64,000 nt of DNA from Candidatus Latescibacterota bacterium (GCA_963422735.1 OY730476.1:4640001-4704000), one strand, 5' to 3'; positions 10,642 through 20,208 are shown, counted from the stretch's first letter. Numbers and translations: made by a program. The notes: generated from the sequence alone by a model not told the origin.

Positions 10642-10688
10642 GAGCTATTTCTGCCGCTCGTGGACAATTGCGTACAGACTGCTCCTAC
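10639..10688. repeat. REP-like imperfect inverted repeat
   Basis: TAGGAGC...GCTCCTA arms; the minus strand begins GTAGGAGC, as in GTAG-family REPs; single copy in window. Confidence 0.3.
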
Positions 10689-10744
10689 CGAGGATTGATC
10701 CTAGGCGGATCCTTTGACTGGCTTTATTAGACGGAGACCAGAAC

Positions 10745-10940
10745 ATGGCGATATCGATTCAACTTCCTGATGACGCGGAACAGCGGCTCGATTTTCTGCC
10801 TGCGCGAGATTATCGAACGGGGCCTTGAAGACATGGAGGACTACTATCTTGCTGCCGAAGTCTTGGATCGCGTCCGCAATGGTGAGGAGCAGGGATACTC
10901 GGCTGCTGAGGTGAAGAAAACCCTTGGTCTGGACGATTGA
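10745..10940 (+). pseudogene. RelB/TraY-type (RHH) antitoxin pseudogene
   Basis: MAISIQLPDDAEQRLDFL, then a frameshift to FCLREIIERGLEDMEDYYLAAEVLDRVR...LGLDD*; the usual 'TGRTKA' segment is missing. Confidence 0.75.
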
Positions 10941-11134
10941 GTACAGTCGATTTCCTCGACGACAGAGTGACTGGGCTTGATGCTCCTCGGAGTTTGGGTA
11001 GAGTGCTAACAGGTCCATTCGGTGGGTTGTGGCGCTATCGCGTTGGAAACTGCCGGGTGCTCTGCGATATTCAGGATCGTGTCTCGCGGATTGTAGTCGT
11101 CAGGATCGGTGAGCGCGACAGGGTGTATCGTTGA
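10924..11134 (+). pseudogene. RelE/ParE toxin pseudogene
   Basis: TTG-VWTIEYS, then a frameshifting deletion to VDFLDDRV...GLWRYRVGNCRVLCDIQD...IGERDRVYR*. Confidence 0.8.
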
Positions 11135-11218
11135 TGGTGAACGGTTTCGTGCGATAGTTAATTACCTTGGCGACGCCTTTATTTGCCTTATCCTCCCTGC
11201 TACTGGAGACTTAGGAAA

Positions 11219-12172
11219 ATGGACGATAGACCTTACTCCCGCCGCACCTTCCTCAAGCTGTCGGCCGCCACAGCCGCCGGCTTTTCCATAAGTGCCGCTC
11301 CGAACCACCGCGACATGCCCTACCGGATCTTGGGTCGCACAGGTGAATCCGTTTCCCTGCTTGGCTTGGGCGGTGCACACGTGGCCCACCACGGTAACAT
11401 GGAGGAAAAGGCGGCCATCGCCTTGATGCACGCGGCCATCGACGAGGGGATCAACTTCTTCGATAATGCTTGGGGTTATTCCAACGGAGCAAGCGAGATA
11501 CGCATGGGCAAGGCGCTGCGCGGCGGCTATCGCGACCGCGTATTCCTAATGACCAAAGACGCGAGCCGCCACCCCAAGCGGGCGATTGCCCACCTCGAAG
11601 AGAGCTTGCGCCGGCTGCAAACCGACGCGATTGATCTGTGGCAATTTCACAGCATCAAACAGCCCAACGACCCAGAGCGGATTTACGAACAGGGCCTGCT
11701 AGAGGCCGCGCTCAAAGCCAAAGAAGAGGGCAAGATCCGCTACATCGGCTTCACCGGTCATACCTTGCCCTCTCTGCACGTGGAGATGATCGAGCGCGGC
11801 TTTGCTTGGGATGCTATGCAAATGCCGGTCAACGTATTCGACCCGCACTACCTCAGCTTTGTCGAGCAGGTGCTGCCGGTCGCAGTGAAAAAAAACATCG
11901 GGGTCATCGCCATGAAGACCTTGGCAGGTTCGCCCGGAGCGATTCTTGCAACGGGCGCGGCGACCGCGGCAGAGTGCCTGCGCTACGCCATGAGCCTGCC
12001 GGTAGCTACCGTGTGTTCCGGCATGGATTCGCTGGAAAAACTGCGGCAGAATGCGGACATCGCTCGGCAGTTCGCGCCCTTGGCTGACGACGAGCGGCTC
12101 GCGCTTTTGTCGCGCACTCAAGAGCTAGGGATGCAGGGCACACACGAGTCGTACAAGGCTCGCCGGCCCTGA
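11219..12172 (+). CDS. Tat-exported aldo/keto reductase
   Basis: SRRTFLK twin-arginine signal; FDNAWGY, FLMTK, IDLWQFH, GFTGH. Confidence 0.88.
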   Translation: MDDRPYSRRTFLKLSAATAAGFSISAAPNHRDMPYRILGRTGESVSLLGLGGAHVAHHGNMEEKAAIALMHAAIDEGINFFDNAWGYSNGASEIRMGKALRGGYRDRVFLMTKDASRHPKRAIAHLEESLRRLQTDAIDLWQFHSIKQPNDPERIYEQGLLEAALKAKEEGKIRYIGFTGHTLPSLHVEMIERGFAWDAMQMPVNVFDPHYLSFVEQVLPVAVKKNIGVIAMKTLAGSPGAILATGAATAAECLRYAMSLPVATVCSGMDSLEKLRQNADIARQFAPLADDERLALLSRTQELGMQGTHESYKARRP

Positions 12173-12177
12173 TTGCC

Positions 12178-15150
12178 GTGCGCCATACCTTCCTTTTCCT
12201 TCTTTTTGCAATGCCCCTGTGGGGACAAGACCTCGACGTTGCGCCAGCCAAACCCGTCGGCCCTCCCAAGATGGAAAGCGCACTGTGGGAACTGGCCTTG
12301 CCCTCAGCAGCCAAGCCGACCCGCGCCGCAGACGGCGATGTGGTCGTCATTTTGGTGCCCTCGGCGGGCGTGGCGGCCACCATTGACACTACGGCGTTAG
12401 CTGCCCTCGGCGTCGAGCTTTTGGCCCAGTCCAAGAGCCTGATGCGCGTGTCGGTACCGCCCGCATCGCTGCGGGCGGTGGCTGAATTGCCGAGCGTGGC
12501 CTTTGTCCGCAGACCGCACCGTCCGCACACACAACAGACCCTTAGCGAGGGCGCAGCTCTCATCCGCGCTTTTGAACATCATGCCGCTGGCGCGAAGGGC
12601 CAAGGGGTCAAGGTGGCGATTATCGATGTCGGATTTAGGGGGGCCAATCAACTGAGCGAAGACCTGCCGGTGCGTCGGTGGCACCGCGACTATACGGGCA
12701 AGGGGATATACGCCGGCGCCAGTCACGGCACGGCGTGTGCCGAGATCATCTACGACGTGGCCCCAGAAGCCGAACTCTATCTGTACAAAGTTGCGGATGA
12801 AGTGGATTTGGAGAATGCCAAAGACCGCTGCATACAAAACGGAGTCTCCATCGTAAACTACTCGGCGACTTGGGTGAACACGGGCTTTGGGGACGGGCGC
12901 GGGATCATCTGCGACATTGTAAATGACGCGGCCGACAACGGTATTCTCTGGGTCAATGCCATCGGTAACTACGCCCAAAAGCACTACGCGGGTTTTTGGT
13001 GCGATAGCGATGCCGACGATCGGCACAATTTTGCCGCCGGCGACGATGCGGTGAATTTTGTCGCTGAAATCGGCGACGTCATACGGGTGACGCTGACTTG
13101 GGACGATTGGCCCACCACCACTGAGGATTACGACCTATATCTCTACTATCAAGACGCGCCCGGCAACATCAAAGAAGTCGCCAAAAGCACTGATGTTCAG
13201 GGGGATGGCGGTGCTCCTGTGGAGTGGCTCGAATACTTTGTCGGGCGAGCGGGTACCTATGGCATTTCCGTGGTCCGCGTTGGCGAGGCCGAGCCTAAGC
13301 AACTGCGCGTGTGGTCTTGGCACCACGACATCGAATATCCGGTTTTGGCTAGTAGCTTGGGGATTCCGTCGGATGCTCGTGGTTCTCTGAGCGTTGGGGC
13401 GATCCAGCACGACCAATGGGATTTGGGCATACTGGCAAGCTATAGCTCGCGCGGTCCTACGGCCGATGGCCGCATCAAGCCCGATCTCGTCGCGCCTACG
13501 GGCGTGACAACGGTTTCTTATGGTGCGAACTCTTTCGGGGGAACCTCGGCTGCGGCTCCCTACGTGGCCGGCGCAGCCGCCCTGCTCAAATCGGCCAATC
13601 CTTCGTTCTCGCGCGACGATCTCTGGAGTGTTCTCGTCGAGGCCGCCGTTGATTTGGGGGCACCGGGAAAGGACGACAGTACGGGATACGGCAAACTCGT
13701 GCTGTCGGTTTCAGCACCGCAAATTGCGGACGTTTTGCCGCGTCGCGCTCAATACGGCCAAACAGTTACCATCGTCGGCCAGGATTTCGGCGCAGATAGA
13801 GGGACGAGCAAAGTGGTCTTTTTTGCGGGAAAGGAGCCGAGCGATTCCGAGTATCTCGCTTGGAACGATGCACAGATCCAAGTGCGCGTACCGACCGGTG
13901 CTCGCACCGGCAAGGTGCAGGTGAAAACCGGCGGCGGCAGCGACAGCGCGCAAGTGGTCGTCACGTCGCCCTACATTGATGCGATTGCCAATCACACGCG
14001 CATGGATGCAGGGGCCAAGACCGACGACCTCATCGAAATTGCCGGCGACAATTTTGGCCTCTCGCGAGACACCAGTTCCGTGTGGATTGATTCGGTCGCG
14101 GTGTCTTCGTTTGAGTCTTGGTCGGATGAGACGATATGGTTCCGCGTTCCACTCAATGCGCCCTCGGGTGACTTAACCGTTGTGACGTCTGAAGGCACCA
14201 GCAATGTCGTTCGCATAGAAATCGCAAGCCCGTATCTGGCACACCTTTCGCCATCGCAAGTACAGGCCGGCGAGCACCTGACGCTGACCGGCGGCAACTT
14301 TGGCCACGAGCGCGGCACGGGGTACGTTTTGTTTAATCCCGATGTGCAAGCGGCGGCGGACGATCATGCGGTCTGGTCCCATGGCATCATCGTCGTCCGG
14401 GTCCCGTCCCAAGCCCGCAGTGGCGCAGTGCAGGTTTTTACCGCTGCTGGAGCTACCGGGGCCGCGCAAGTTGAGATTGGCAGCGAATGGATAGAGCCGC
14501 TGCCAAGTAGTGGGATTTTCGGCTACAGTCCTCCTGCGGTTAGCAAGAATCCCAAAAGCGTCAAGTTCGGCTTTGAGGGGATCAATCGCGATATCCTATG
14601 CCAATTTTCGACAAAGGAAATAAGCGACGACGAGGTCGTCGTTTTCCTCAACGAACAAAGGTATGCAGCGATCTTGGCCGGGGAAGACTGGCAGACTCGG
14701 TATCTCGTCCTCAATAAAGCATACTTCCAGTCCGGTCAAAACGTCATCGAGTTCCGCAACATCATCAACCAAGATCGCGCCGCATCCTTCGTCCGTTGGC
14801 AGTTGAAGGACGTGGCGTTGTGGAAGCCGTTTAGTGCTAAGTTCGCCGCGGGGACGCGGCTTTTGTCCAAGTTGCCGGATGGCTTGGGCGATCCCTTTCC
14901 CACGCCGTTCAACGCGGAAGTGACCATCCCCTTTGCCCTAGCCGAGGCCGGCTCCGTGCGGCTTGTCGTCTATAATTTGCTGGGCCAATCCATTCGCGTG
15001 TTGACCGATGGCTGGGTGGATGCTGGCACGCACCGCGTGCGCTGGGATGGTCGCACGGATGCCGGCGCGGCGGTTGCTTCCGGGGTCTATTGGGCCGTGC
15101 TGCAAGCTGGCGATGCTGTCCAAACGGCCAAGTTGGCGTTGATTCGCTGA
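12178..15150 (+). CDS. Secreted S8 (subtilisin-like) peptidase with 3 IPT/TIG domains and a FlgD/T9SS-like C-terminal domain
   Basis: Signal peptide; triad motifs VAIID, HGTACA, GTSAAAP; SSRGPT/KPDLVAP; repeated GxNFG...W...RVP units; C-terminal PTPFN...YNLLGQ...WDG...SGVY. Confidence 0.88.
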   Translation: MRHTFLFLLFAMPLWGQDLDVAPAKPVGPPKMESALWELALPSAAKPTRAADGDVVVILVPSAGVAATIDTTALAALGVELLAQSKSLMRVSVPPASLRAVAELPSVAFVRRPHRPHTQQTLSEGAALIRAFEHHAAGAKGQGVKVAIIDVGFRGANQLSEDLPVRRWHRDYTGKGIYAGASHGTACAEIIYDVAPEAELYLYKVADEVDLENAKDRCIQNGVSIVNYSATWVNTGFGDGRGIICDIVNDAADNGILWVNAIGNYAQKHYAGFWCDSDADDRHNFAAGDDAVNFVAEIGDVIRVTLTWDDWPTTTEDYDLYLYYQDAPGNIKEVAKSTDVQGDGGAPVEWLEYFVGRAGTYGISVVRVGEAEPKQLRVWSWHHDIEYPVLASSLGIPSDARGSLSVGAIQHDQWDLGILASYSSRGPTADGRIKPDLVAPTGVTTVSYGANSFGGTSAAAPYVAGAAALLKSANPSFSRDDLWSVLVEAAVDLGAPGKDDSTGYGKLVLSVSAPQIADVLPRRAQYGQTVTIVGQDFGADRGTSKVVFFAGKEPSDSEYLAWNDAQIQVRVPTGARTGKVQVKTGGGSDSAQVVVTSPYIDAIANHTRMDAGAKTDDLIEIAGDNFGLSRDTSSVWIDSVAVSSFESWSDETIWFRVPLNAPSGDLTVVTSEGTSNVVRIEIASPYLAHLSPSQVQAGEHLTLTGGNFGHERGTGYVLFNPDVQAAADDHAVWSHGIIVVRVPSQARSGAVQVFTAAGATGAAQVEIGSEWIEPLPSSGIFGYSPPAVSKNPKSVKFGFEGINRDILCQFSTKEISDDEVVVFLNEQRYAAILAGEDWQTRYLVLNKAYFQSGQNVIEFRNIINQDRAASFVRWQLKDVALWKPFSAKFAAGTRLLSKLPDGLGDPFPTPFNAEVTIPFALAEAGSVRLVVYNLLGQSIRVLTDGWVDAGTHRVRWDGRTDAGAAVASGVYWAVLQAGDAVQTAKLALIR

Positions 15151-15234
15151 GCCGAATGGTGCCCGCCACAAAATTAGCCGCAGTTACCACCGCCCTTTAT
15201 CTTTATATAGCGAATAGCCACCACCAACCGCCCG

Positions 15235-15260
15235 GCTGGCTCGCTGTACAGCGAGCCAGC
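15235..15260. repeat. Perfect 26-bp palindrome
   Basis: GCTGGCTCGCTGTACAGCGAGCCAGC is its own reverse complement; 3 nt upstream of ATG 15264. Confidence 0.85.
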
Positions 15261-15263
15261 ACT

Positions 15264-15505
15264 ATGAGCGAACCGATTCCCCGCAGCAAGACCACGACCG
15301 CCGTATAGGACAGCTAGGAGGGATAGCCGAACAGTTAGACCGCCACTTGGACGGCATTGAGCGGGTGATTACCGAGCAAGGCCGCCAGCACCAGCAGGCC
15401 CTTGCTGAGCAAGGCCGCCGCGTGGACAGTCAGTTCCGGTGGCTTGTCGGTATCCTCTTTGGCGTGGTGGGCCTGTTGGTGTCCATCCTGTTGAAGCTGA
15501 ACTAA
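15264..15505 (+). pseudogene. Small coiled-coil + C-terminal TM protein (DUF1640/CCDC90-like), frameshifted near the start
   Basis: MSEPI, then one base short in a C-run; continues PQQDHDRRIGQL...RRVDSQFRWLVGILFGVVGLLVSILLKLN*. Confidence 0.6.
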
Positions 15506-15515
15506 TCCACCCTCC

Positions 15516-15547
15516 GCCCCGGCTGACACGCTGGCCGGGGGCTTTTT
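15516..15547 (+). terminator. Rho-independent terminator
   Basis: GCCCCGGC...GCCGGGGGC stem followed by TTTTT. Confidence 0.7.
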
Positions 15548-15562
15548 CCTAATCAAAGAGGA

Positions 15563-18500
15563 TTGAAGTTGAACAACCGTTATCGTTATAGAATTATGAT
15601 CGCTCTTTTCTTAGGCGTCCTTGTCTGTGTACCCCTTTGGGGGCAGAATCTAAACTTCGCCCCGGACAAACCCGACGGCCCGGCCAAGATACAGAGTGCG
15701 TTGTGGGAGTTGGCAACGCCGCGAGCGGCAAAGTCGGTCCGCGATGTACAGGATACGGTCGTCGTCATCTTGGTTCCACAGTTTGGCCAAGCGTCGGCTT
15801 CGATTGATACGTCGTCGCTGGCGGCGCTTGGTGGAAGGGTTCTGGCGCAATCCAAGAGTCTGATGCGGATTTCGGTCCCGGCGTCGTCTCTGCTGGCGGT
15901 CTCGGAATTGCCGGGGGTCGGCTTTGTTCGCAGGCCGTACCGGCCGCATTCGCAAAGGACGATCAGCGAGGGCACGGCCCGCATCGGCGCGCTGGCGAAT
16001 CACTCGGCAGGCGTGAAAGGCCAAGGGGTCAAGGTGGCCATTATTGACGGAGGATTTAAGGGGGCCAATAAATTGCGCGGAGACCTGCCGGCGCGTTGGC
16101 GGTATCTCGACTATACGGGCGAGGGGATATACGCCGGGGAGTCTGCTCATGGCACGGCTTGTGCCGAGATCGTCCACGACATAGCTCCTGATGCTGAGCT
16201 CACGTTTCTAAAGACAGGGGACTTGGTTGACTTTGAGAATGCTAAGGATTTCTGCATACGAGAAGGAATTGACATAATTAGTTATTCCAACAGTCGGTCG
16301 GGCACGGGTTTTGGCGATGGTCGGGGGTTAGCCTGCGACATTGTGAACGACGCTGCGGATAATGGCATTCTCTGGGTGAATTCGGCAGGCAATTACGCAG
16401 AGAGCCACTACTCTGGGTTCTGGTCTAATTACGATTCTGACGGTTGGCACAACTTTGACGGCGAATACGAGATGCTAGCGTTTGAAGCGGAGGAAGGGGA
16501 TTCGATATCAGTTGTATTGACTTGGAATGATTTTCCCATCACCTCCCAAGATTACGACTTGTTTATTTATTATAATGACGACGTAGGTAATTTGGAGAGG
16601 GTTGCTGAAAGTACGGATATTCAATCAAGGAATGCACCCAATAGGCCCGCAGAATGGATCGAGTACGAAGCACAAGAATCGGGACGGTATGGGATCGCTG
16701 TTCGGAAAGAGGATAGTGCGCGACCGATGAGGCTAAAAATATGGTCGTTTGATCACGATTTTGAAGAGTATGCGGTTTCGGCTAATAGTATTACGAGTCC
16801 AGCGGATGCACGAGGAGCCATGAGCGTCGGGGCGGTCCATTATTGGGACTATAACCGAGGAAGAATTGCAGACTACAGCTCACGAGGTCCCACCACCGAT
16901 GGCCGCATCAAGCCCGATATCGTCGCGCCTAGTGGAGTGGCGACGGCTTCTTATGGGCCGGATGGCTTTTTCGGAACCTCGGCTGCGGCTCCCCACGTAG
17001 CTGGCGCGGCGGCCCTGCTTAAGTCGGCTAATCCATCCTACTCGCGCACTCAATTGTGGAACGCGCTTGTCGCGGCAACGGTTGATATAGGAACCCGGGG
17101 AAGGGACAACGACAGCGGATATGGCAAACTCGTGCTGCCGGTCTCGGGAGGAAGCGACACGGCCCGGCTGACGATTACCTCGCCTTGGATAAGCAGCGTT
17201 TCTCCACAGCCTGTAAAGACGAATGCCGTTGTTACCGTGCTCGGGGGTAATTTCGGTTCCTCGCGGAGGAGCAGTTCCGTGCGGATTGGTTCGGTCGCGA
17301 TCCCTTCCTCTTCGTTTACCTCTTGGTCGAATAGCACGATACGCTTCCGCATTCCCCTCAATACTCTCCCCGGCAACCTGACCGTTAGAACGTCAGAAGG
17401 CACCAGTAACGCTGTCCGCCTGCAAACAACAAGCCCGTATCTGACGGGAATCGCACCCACGCAAGTAAAAACAAGGGGTCGTCTAACGCTGACGGGCGGC
17501 AATTTTGGCACTAGACGCGGCACCGGATACGTTTTATTTACTTCTAACGTACGGCCCGCTGCTGCGGACTATGTGAGTTGGTCTGACCGCAGAATTGTAG
17601 TACGGGTCCCGTCCCAAGCCCGCAGCGGCAATGTGCAGGTTGTGACCTCGAATGGGAGGTCGGGGACAAAGCTTCTGCTTCTTGGAACCGCTCCATCTCG
17701 CGCTCCTCAAATCAGTTCCGTATCTCCCCGCCGAGTGCGATACAATCAACTCGTAACCATCCGCGGCAGGGCTTTCGGTGCAAATCGCGGCACGAGCAAA
17801 GTTATTTTCTACGATCGCAAGGAACCCATTTCTTCCCACTATGTTAGCTGGAGTGATACCCGGATTCAGGTACGGGTGCCGACCGGTGGCCGTACCGGCA
17901 ATATGCAGGTTATAACCACGCGAGGAAGTGCCTCAGCCCGGCTGACGATTACCTCTCCCTGGGTCAGAAATATCTCCCCGCAGATTGCAAAGACTAATAC
18001 CGTTGTTGCGGTAAACGGGGAGAATTTCGGCTCCTCGCGGAGGAGCAGTTCCGTGCGGATTGGTTCGGTCGTGGTCTCTTCGTTTACCTCTTGGTCGAGT
18101 AAAGTGATACGCTTCCGCATTCCCCTCAATACTCCCCCCGGCAACCTGACCGTTAGAACGTCAGAAGGCCCTAGTAATGCCGTTCGCCTAGAAACAACAA
18201 GCCCGTATCTGACGAGAATCTCGCCGACGCAAGCAAAAACAGGGGATCGCCTGACGCTAACGGGTGGCAATTTTGGCACTAGACGCGGCACCGGGTACAT
18301 CTTGTTTGGCTCTAATGTACGGCCCGCTGCTGCGGACTATGTGAGTTGGTCTGACCGCAGAGTTGTCGTCGAGGTTCCGGCTAGAGCGCAAAGCGGCAAT
18401 GTGCGGGTTACTACCTCGAATGGGACGTCGGGGACGAAGCGGCTTGAAATCGAAAGCGAACAGTTAGAGCCACTGCCGAGCAGAGGGCTCTTCGGCTACA

Positions 18501-19117
18501 GTCCACCCACGGTTACCAAAAATCCCAAAAGCGTCAAGTTCGGCTTTGAGGGAATAGGCGAAGATGTTGCGCTGGGATGGTCTCTCAAAAATGATTCCGA
18601 GGTCGATATTTTGGTCAACGGTCAAAGAATATGGCGCATTCCAGTAAGCGACGATTGGAAAGTTTGGGGGGGCATTTTAAGCCAGACCCATCTCAATTCC
18701 GGTCAGAATGTGATCGAATTTCGCAATAGGGTAAACCAGAACCGCACGGCCTCTTTTACCCATTGGCAGTTGAAGGATGTGAAGTGGTGGAAGCCTGCCA
18801 ATGCCAAGCTGGCCGCAGGTACGTGGCTCCTGTCGAAGTTGCCGGATGGCTTGGGCGATCCCTTTCCCACGCCGTTCAACGCGGAAGTGACCATTCCCTT
18901 TGCCCTAGCCGAGGCCGGCCCCGTGCGGCTTGTCGTCTATAATTTGCTGGGCCAATCCATTCGCGTGCTGGCCGATGGCTGGCTGGCTGCCGGTACACAC
19001 CGCGTGCGCTGGGATGGTCGCACGGCTGCGGGCGCAGAGGCCGCTTCCGGGATCTATTGGGCCGTGCTGCAAGCCGACGATGCGATTCAAACGGCCAAGT
19101 TGGCGTTGATTCGCTGA
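15563..19117 (+). CDS. Secreted S8 peptidase paralog with 5 IPT/TIG domains and a FlgD/T9SS-like C-terminal domain
   Basis: Same triad motifs as 12178..15150, collinear and with a near-identical C-terminus. Confidence 0.88.
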   Translation: MKLNNRYRYRIMIALFLGVLVCVPLWGQNLNFAPDKPDGPAKIQSALWELATPRAAKSVRDVQDTVVVILVPQFGQASASIDTSSLAALGGRVLAQSKSLMRISVPASSLLAVSELPGVGFVRRPYRPHSQRTISEGTARIGALANHSAGVKGQGVKVAIIDGGFKGANKLRGDLPARWRYLDYTGEGIYAGESAHGTACAEIVHDIAPDAELTFLKTGDLVDFENAKDFCIREGIDIISYSNSRSGTGFGDGRGLACDIVNDAADNGILWVNSAGNYAESHYSGFWSNYDSDGWHNFDGEYEMLAFEAEEGDSISVVLTWNDFPITSQDYDLFIYYNDDVGNLERVAESTDIQSRNAPNRPAEWIEYEAQESGRYGIAVRKEDSARPMRLKIWSFDHDFEEYAVSANSITSPADARGAMSVGAVHYWDYNRGRIADYSSRGPTTDGRIKPDIVAPSGVATASYGPDGFFGTSAAAPHVAGAAALLKSANPSYSRTQLWNALVAATVDIGTRGRDNDSGYGKLVLPVSGGSDTARLTITSPWISSVSPQPVKTNAVVTVLGGNFGSSRRSSSVRIGSVAIPSSSFTSWSNSTIRFRIPLNTLPGNLTVRTSEGTSNAVRLQTTSPYLTGIAPTQVKTRGRLTLTGGNFGTRRGTGYVLFTSNVRPAAADYVSWSDRRIVVRVPSQARSGNVQVVTSNGRSGTKLLLLGTAPSRAPQISSVSPRRVRYNQLVTIRGRAFGANRGTSKVIFYDRKEPISSHYVSWSDTRIQVRVPTGGRTGNMQVITTRGSASARLTITSPWVRNISPQIAKTNTVVAVNGENFGSSRRSSSVRIGSVVVSSFTSWSSKVIRFRIPLNTPPGNLTVRTSEGPSNAVRLETTSPYLTRISPTQAKTGDRLTLTGGNFGTRRGTGYILFGSNVRPAAADYVSWSDRRVVVEVPARAQSGNVRVTTSNGTSGTKRLEIESEQLEPLPSRGLFGYSPPTVTKNPKSVKFGFEGIGEDVALGWSLKNDSEVDILVNGQRIWRIPVSDDWKVWGGILSQTHLNSGQNVIEFRNRVNQNRTASFTHWQLKDVKWWKPANAKLAAGTWLLSKLPDGLGDPFPTPFNAEVTIPFALAEAGPVRLVVYNLLGQSIRVLADGWLAAGTHRVRWDGRTAAGAEAASGIYWAVLQADDAIQTAKLALIR
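17162..18441 (+). repeat. Intragenic direct repeat of about 0.5 kb (two IPT domains), copies ~17162-17670 and ~17936-18441
   Basis: Shared DNA blocks such as TCCTCGCGGAGGAGCAGTTCCGTGCGGATTGGTTCGGTCG and GGCAACCTGACCGTTAGAACGTCAGAAGGC. Confidence 0.85.
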
Positions 19118-19289
19118 ACATCTGAAAAGGGATTTTCCACCGCCAAAATCAGTTTTGGGGACTTGGATTGGCAACGTGCAATCGCCTTCCTAATGTTAAA
19201 CGGAGTAATTTAATTACTTTTTGTTAAGCTAGCAGCAGGCGATTGTACGAATGATTCTCGAATCTCCTACATGTAAAGAGGCGATAATC

Positions 19290-19804
19290 ATGTCCAACAA
19301 AGAAAAGGCCACTGAACTGGCGGCCTGCATTTCGTCGTGGGGCGGCTCGATGAAGTTTATCAAGCTGATCAAACTCATCTACCTAGCCGACCGCGGGGTG
19401 CTGGACCGGGAAGGGCATAGCATCTCCACGGATCGCTGGGTGTCGATGAGACACGGCCCGGTGCCCATTCAGACGTACAATCTGATATACCAAGAAGACG
19501 ATCCCGCTCGCCACCCCGTGTGGAACCAGCACCTCGAGAACCAAGCAGATTACTGCATCGGCTTAAGAAAAGAGATGGGAATAAACCACCTGTCTGAGGC
19601 GGAACGGGGATCGCCGAGGATGTCTGGTAGCGATACGGCCATCTGCCCCCTTGGGGTCCCAATGGTATTGTCGAGCTTACGCACTGCCTCCCCGAGTGGG
19701 AAAATCCCGCAGAAAATCCGCACGGTCCCCAAGCGACGCCCATCCCCGTCCAACGCATTCTGCTCGCCCTGAAGAAGAGCGACGAAGGACGCTTGGCTGG
19801 ATAG
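19290..19804 (+). pseudogene. Panacea (SocA/DUF4065) antitoxin pseudogene
   Basis: KLIKLIYLADR, SMRHGPVP, LSEAE; frameshift, in-frame TAG, then THCLPEWENP in another frame. Confidence 0.75.
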
Positions 19805-19813
19805 AGTCTTGGC

Positions 19814-20165
19814 GTGATACGGGCCGGCACCGGCATCCAGTCGAAAGTCGCACCCTACCACCGCTTCATCGTTCTGACCAGTCCCAATACAGCCGACGAA
19901 GTCCTTTTTGTCACCTGTTCAGATGCACGCGCATTTTCCGTTTGAGCCTGTGCGCTTGTACAAGGGGGATCATCCGTTTGTAGTTAAAGAAACGGCCTTA
20001 GTTCTCAAGAGGGTACGCCGAGTAGCTGTCGCAAAAATCGCCAGCAATGTTCCACTTCACTTTGCAAGGCGGCCACCTCTCGATGCCGCCGTGTTACAAC
20101 GCCTCCAAGCCGAAGCCAAAGCGTCGGGCCGTCTGCCGCCCGCTTGGATAGACGAGATCCGCTGA
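19814..20165 (+). pseudogene. Putative Panacea-associated toxin (PemK/MazF-like), frameshifted
   Basis: GTG-IRAGTGIQSKVAPYHRFIVLTSP...EVLFVTCS, frameshift to RLYKGDHPFVVKET...AVLQRLQ...SGRLP. Confidence 0.55.
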
Positions 20166-20170
20166 ACAGC

Positions 20171-20199
20171 TTGACAGGCGTTAGCAGCCCCGTTACTTT
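20171..20199 (+). promoter_or_regulatory. trp operon promoter
   Basis: TTGACA-N17-TACTTT. Confidence 0.75.
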
Positions 20200-20208
20200 C
20201 TGCCCGTT

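Noticed and set aside
14860-19117. Near-identical 3' ends of the two subtilases as a DGR template/variable repeat pair
   Set aside because: Differences are not adenine-specific, both copies are coding, and no reverse transcriptase is present
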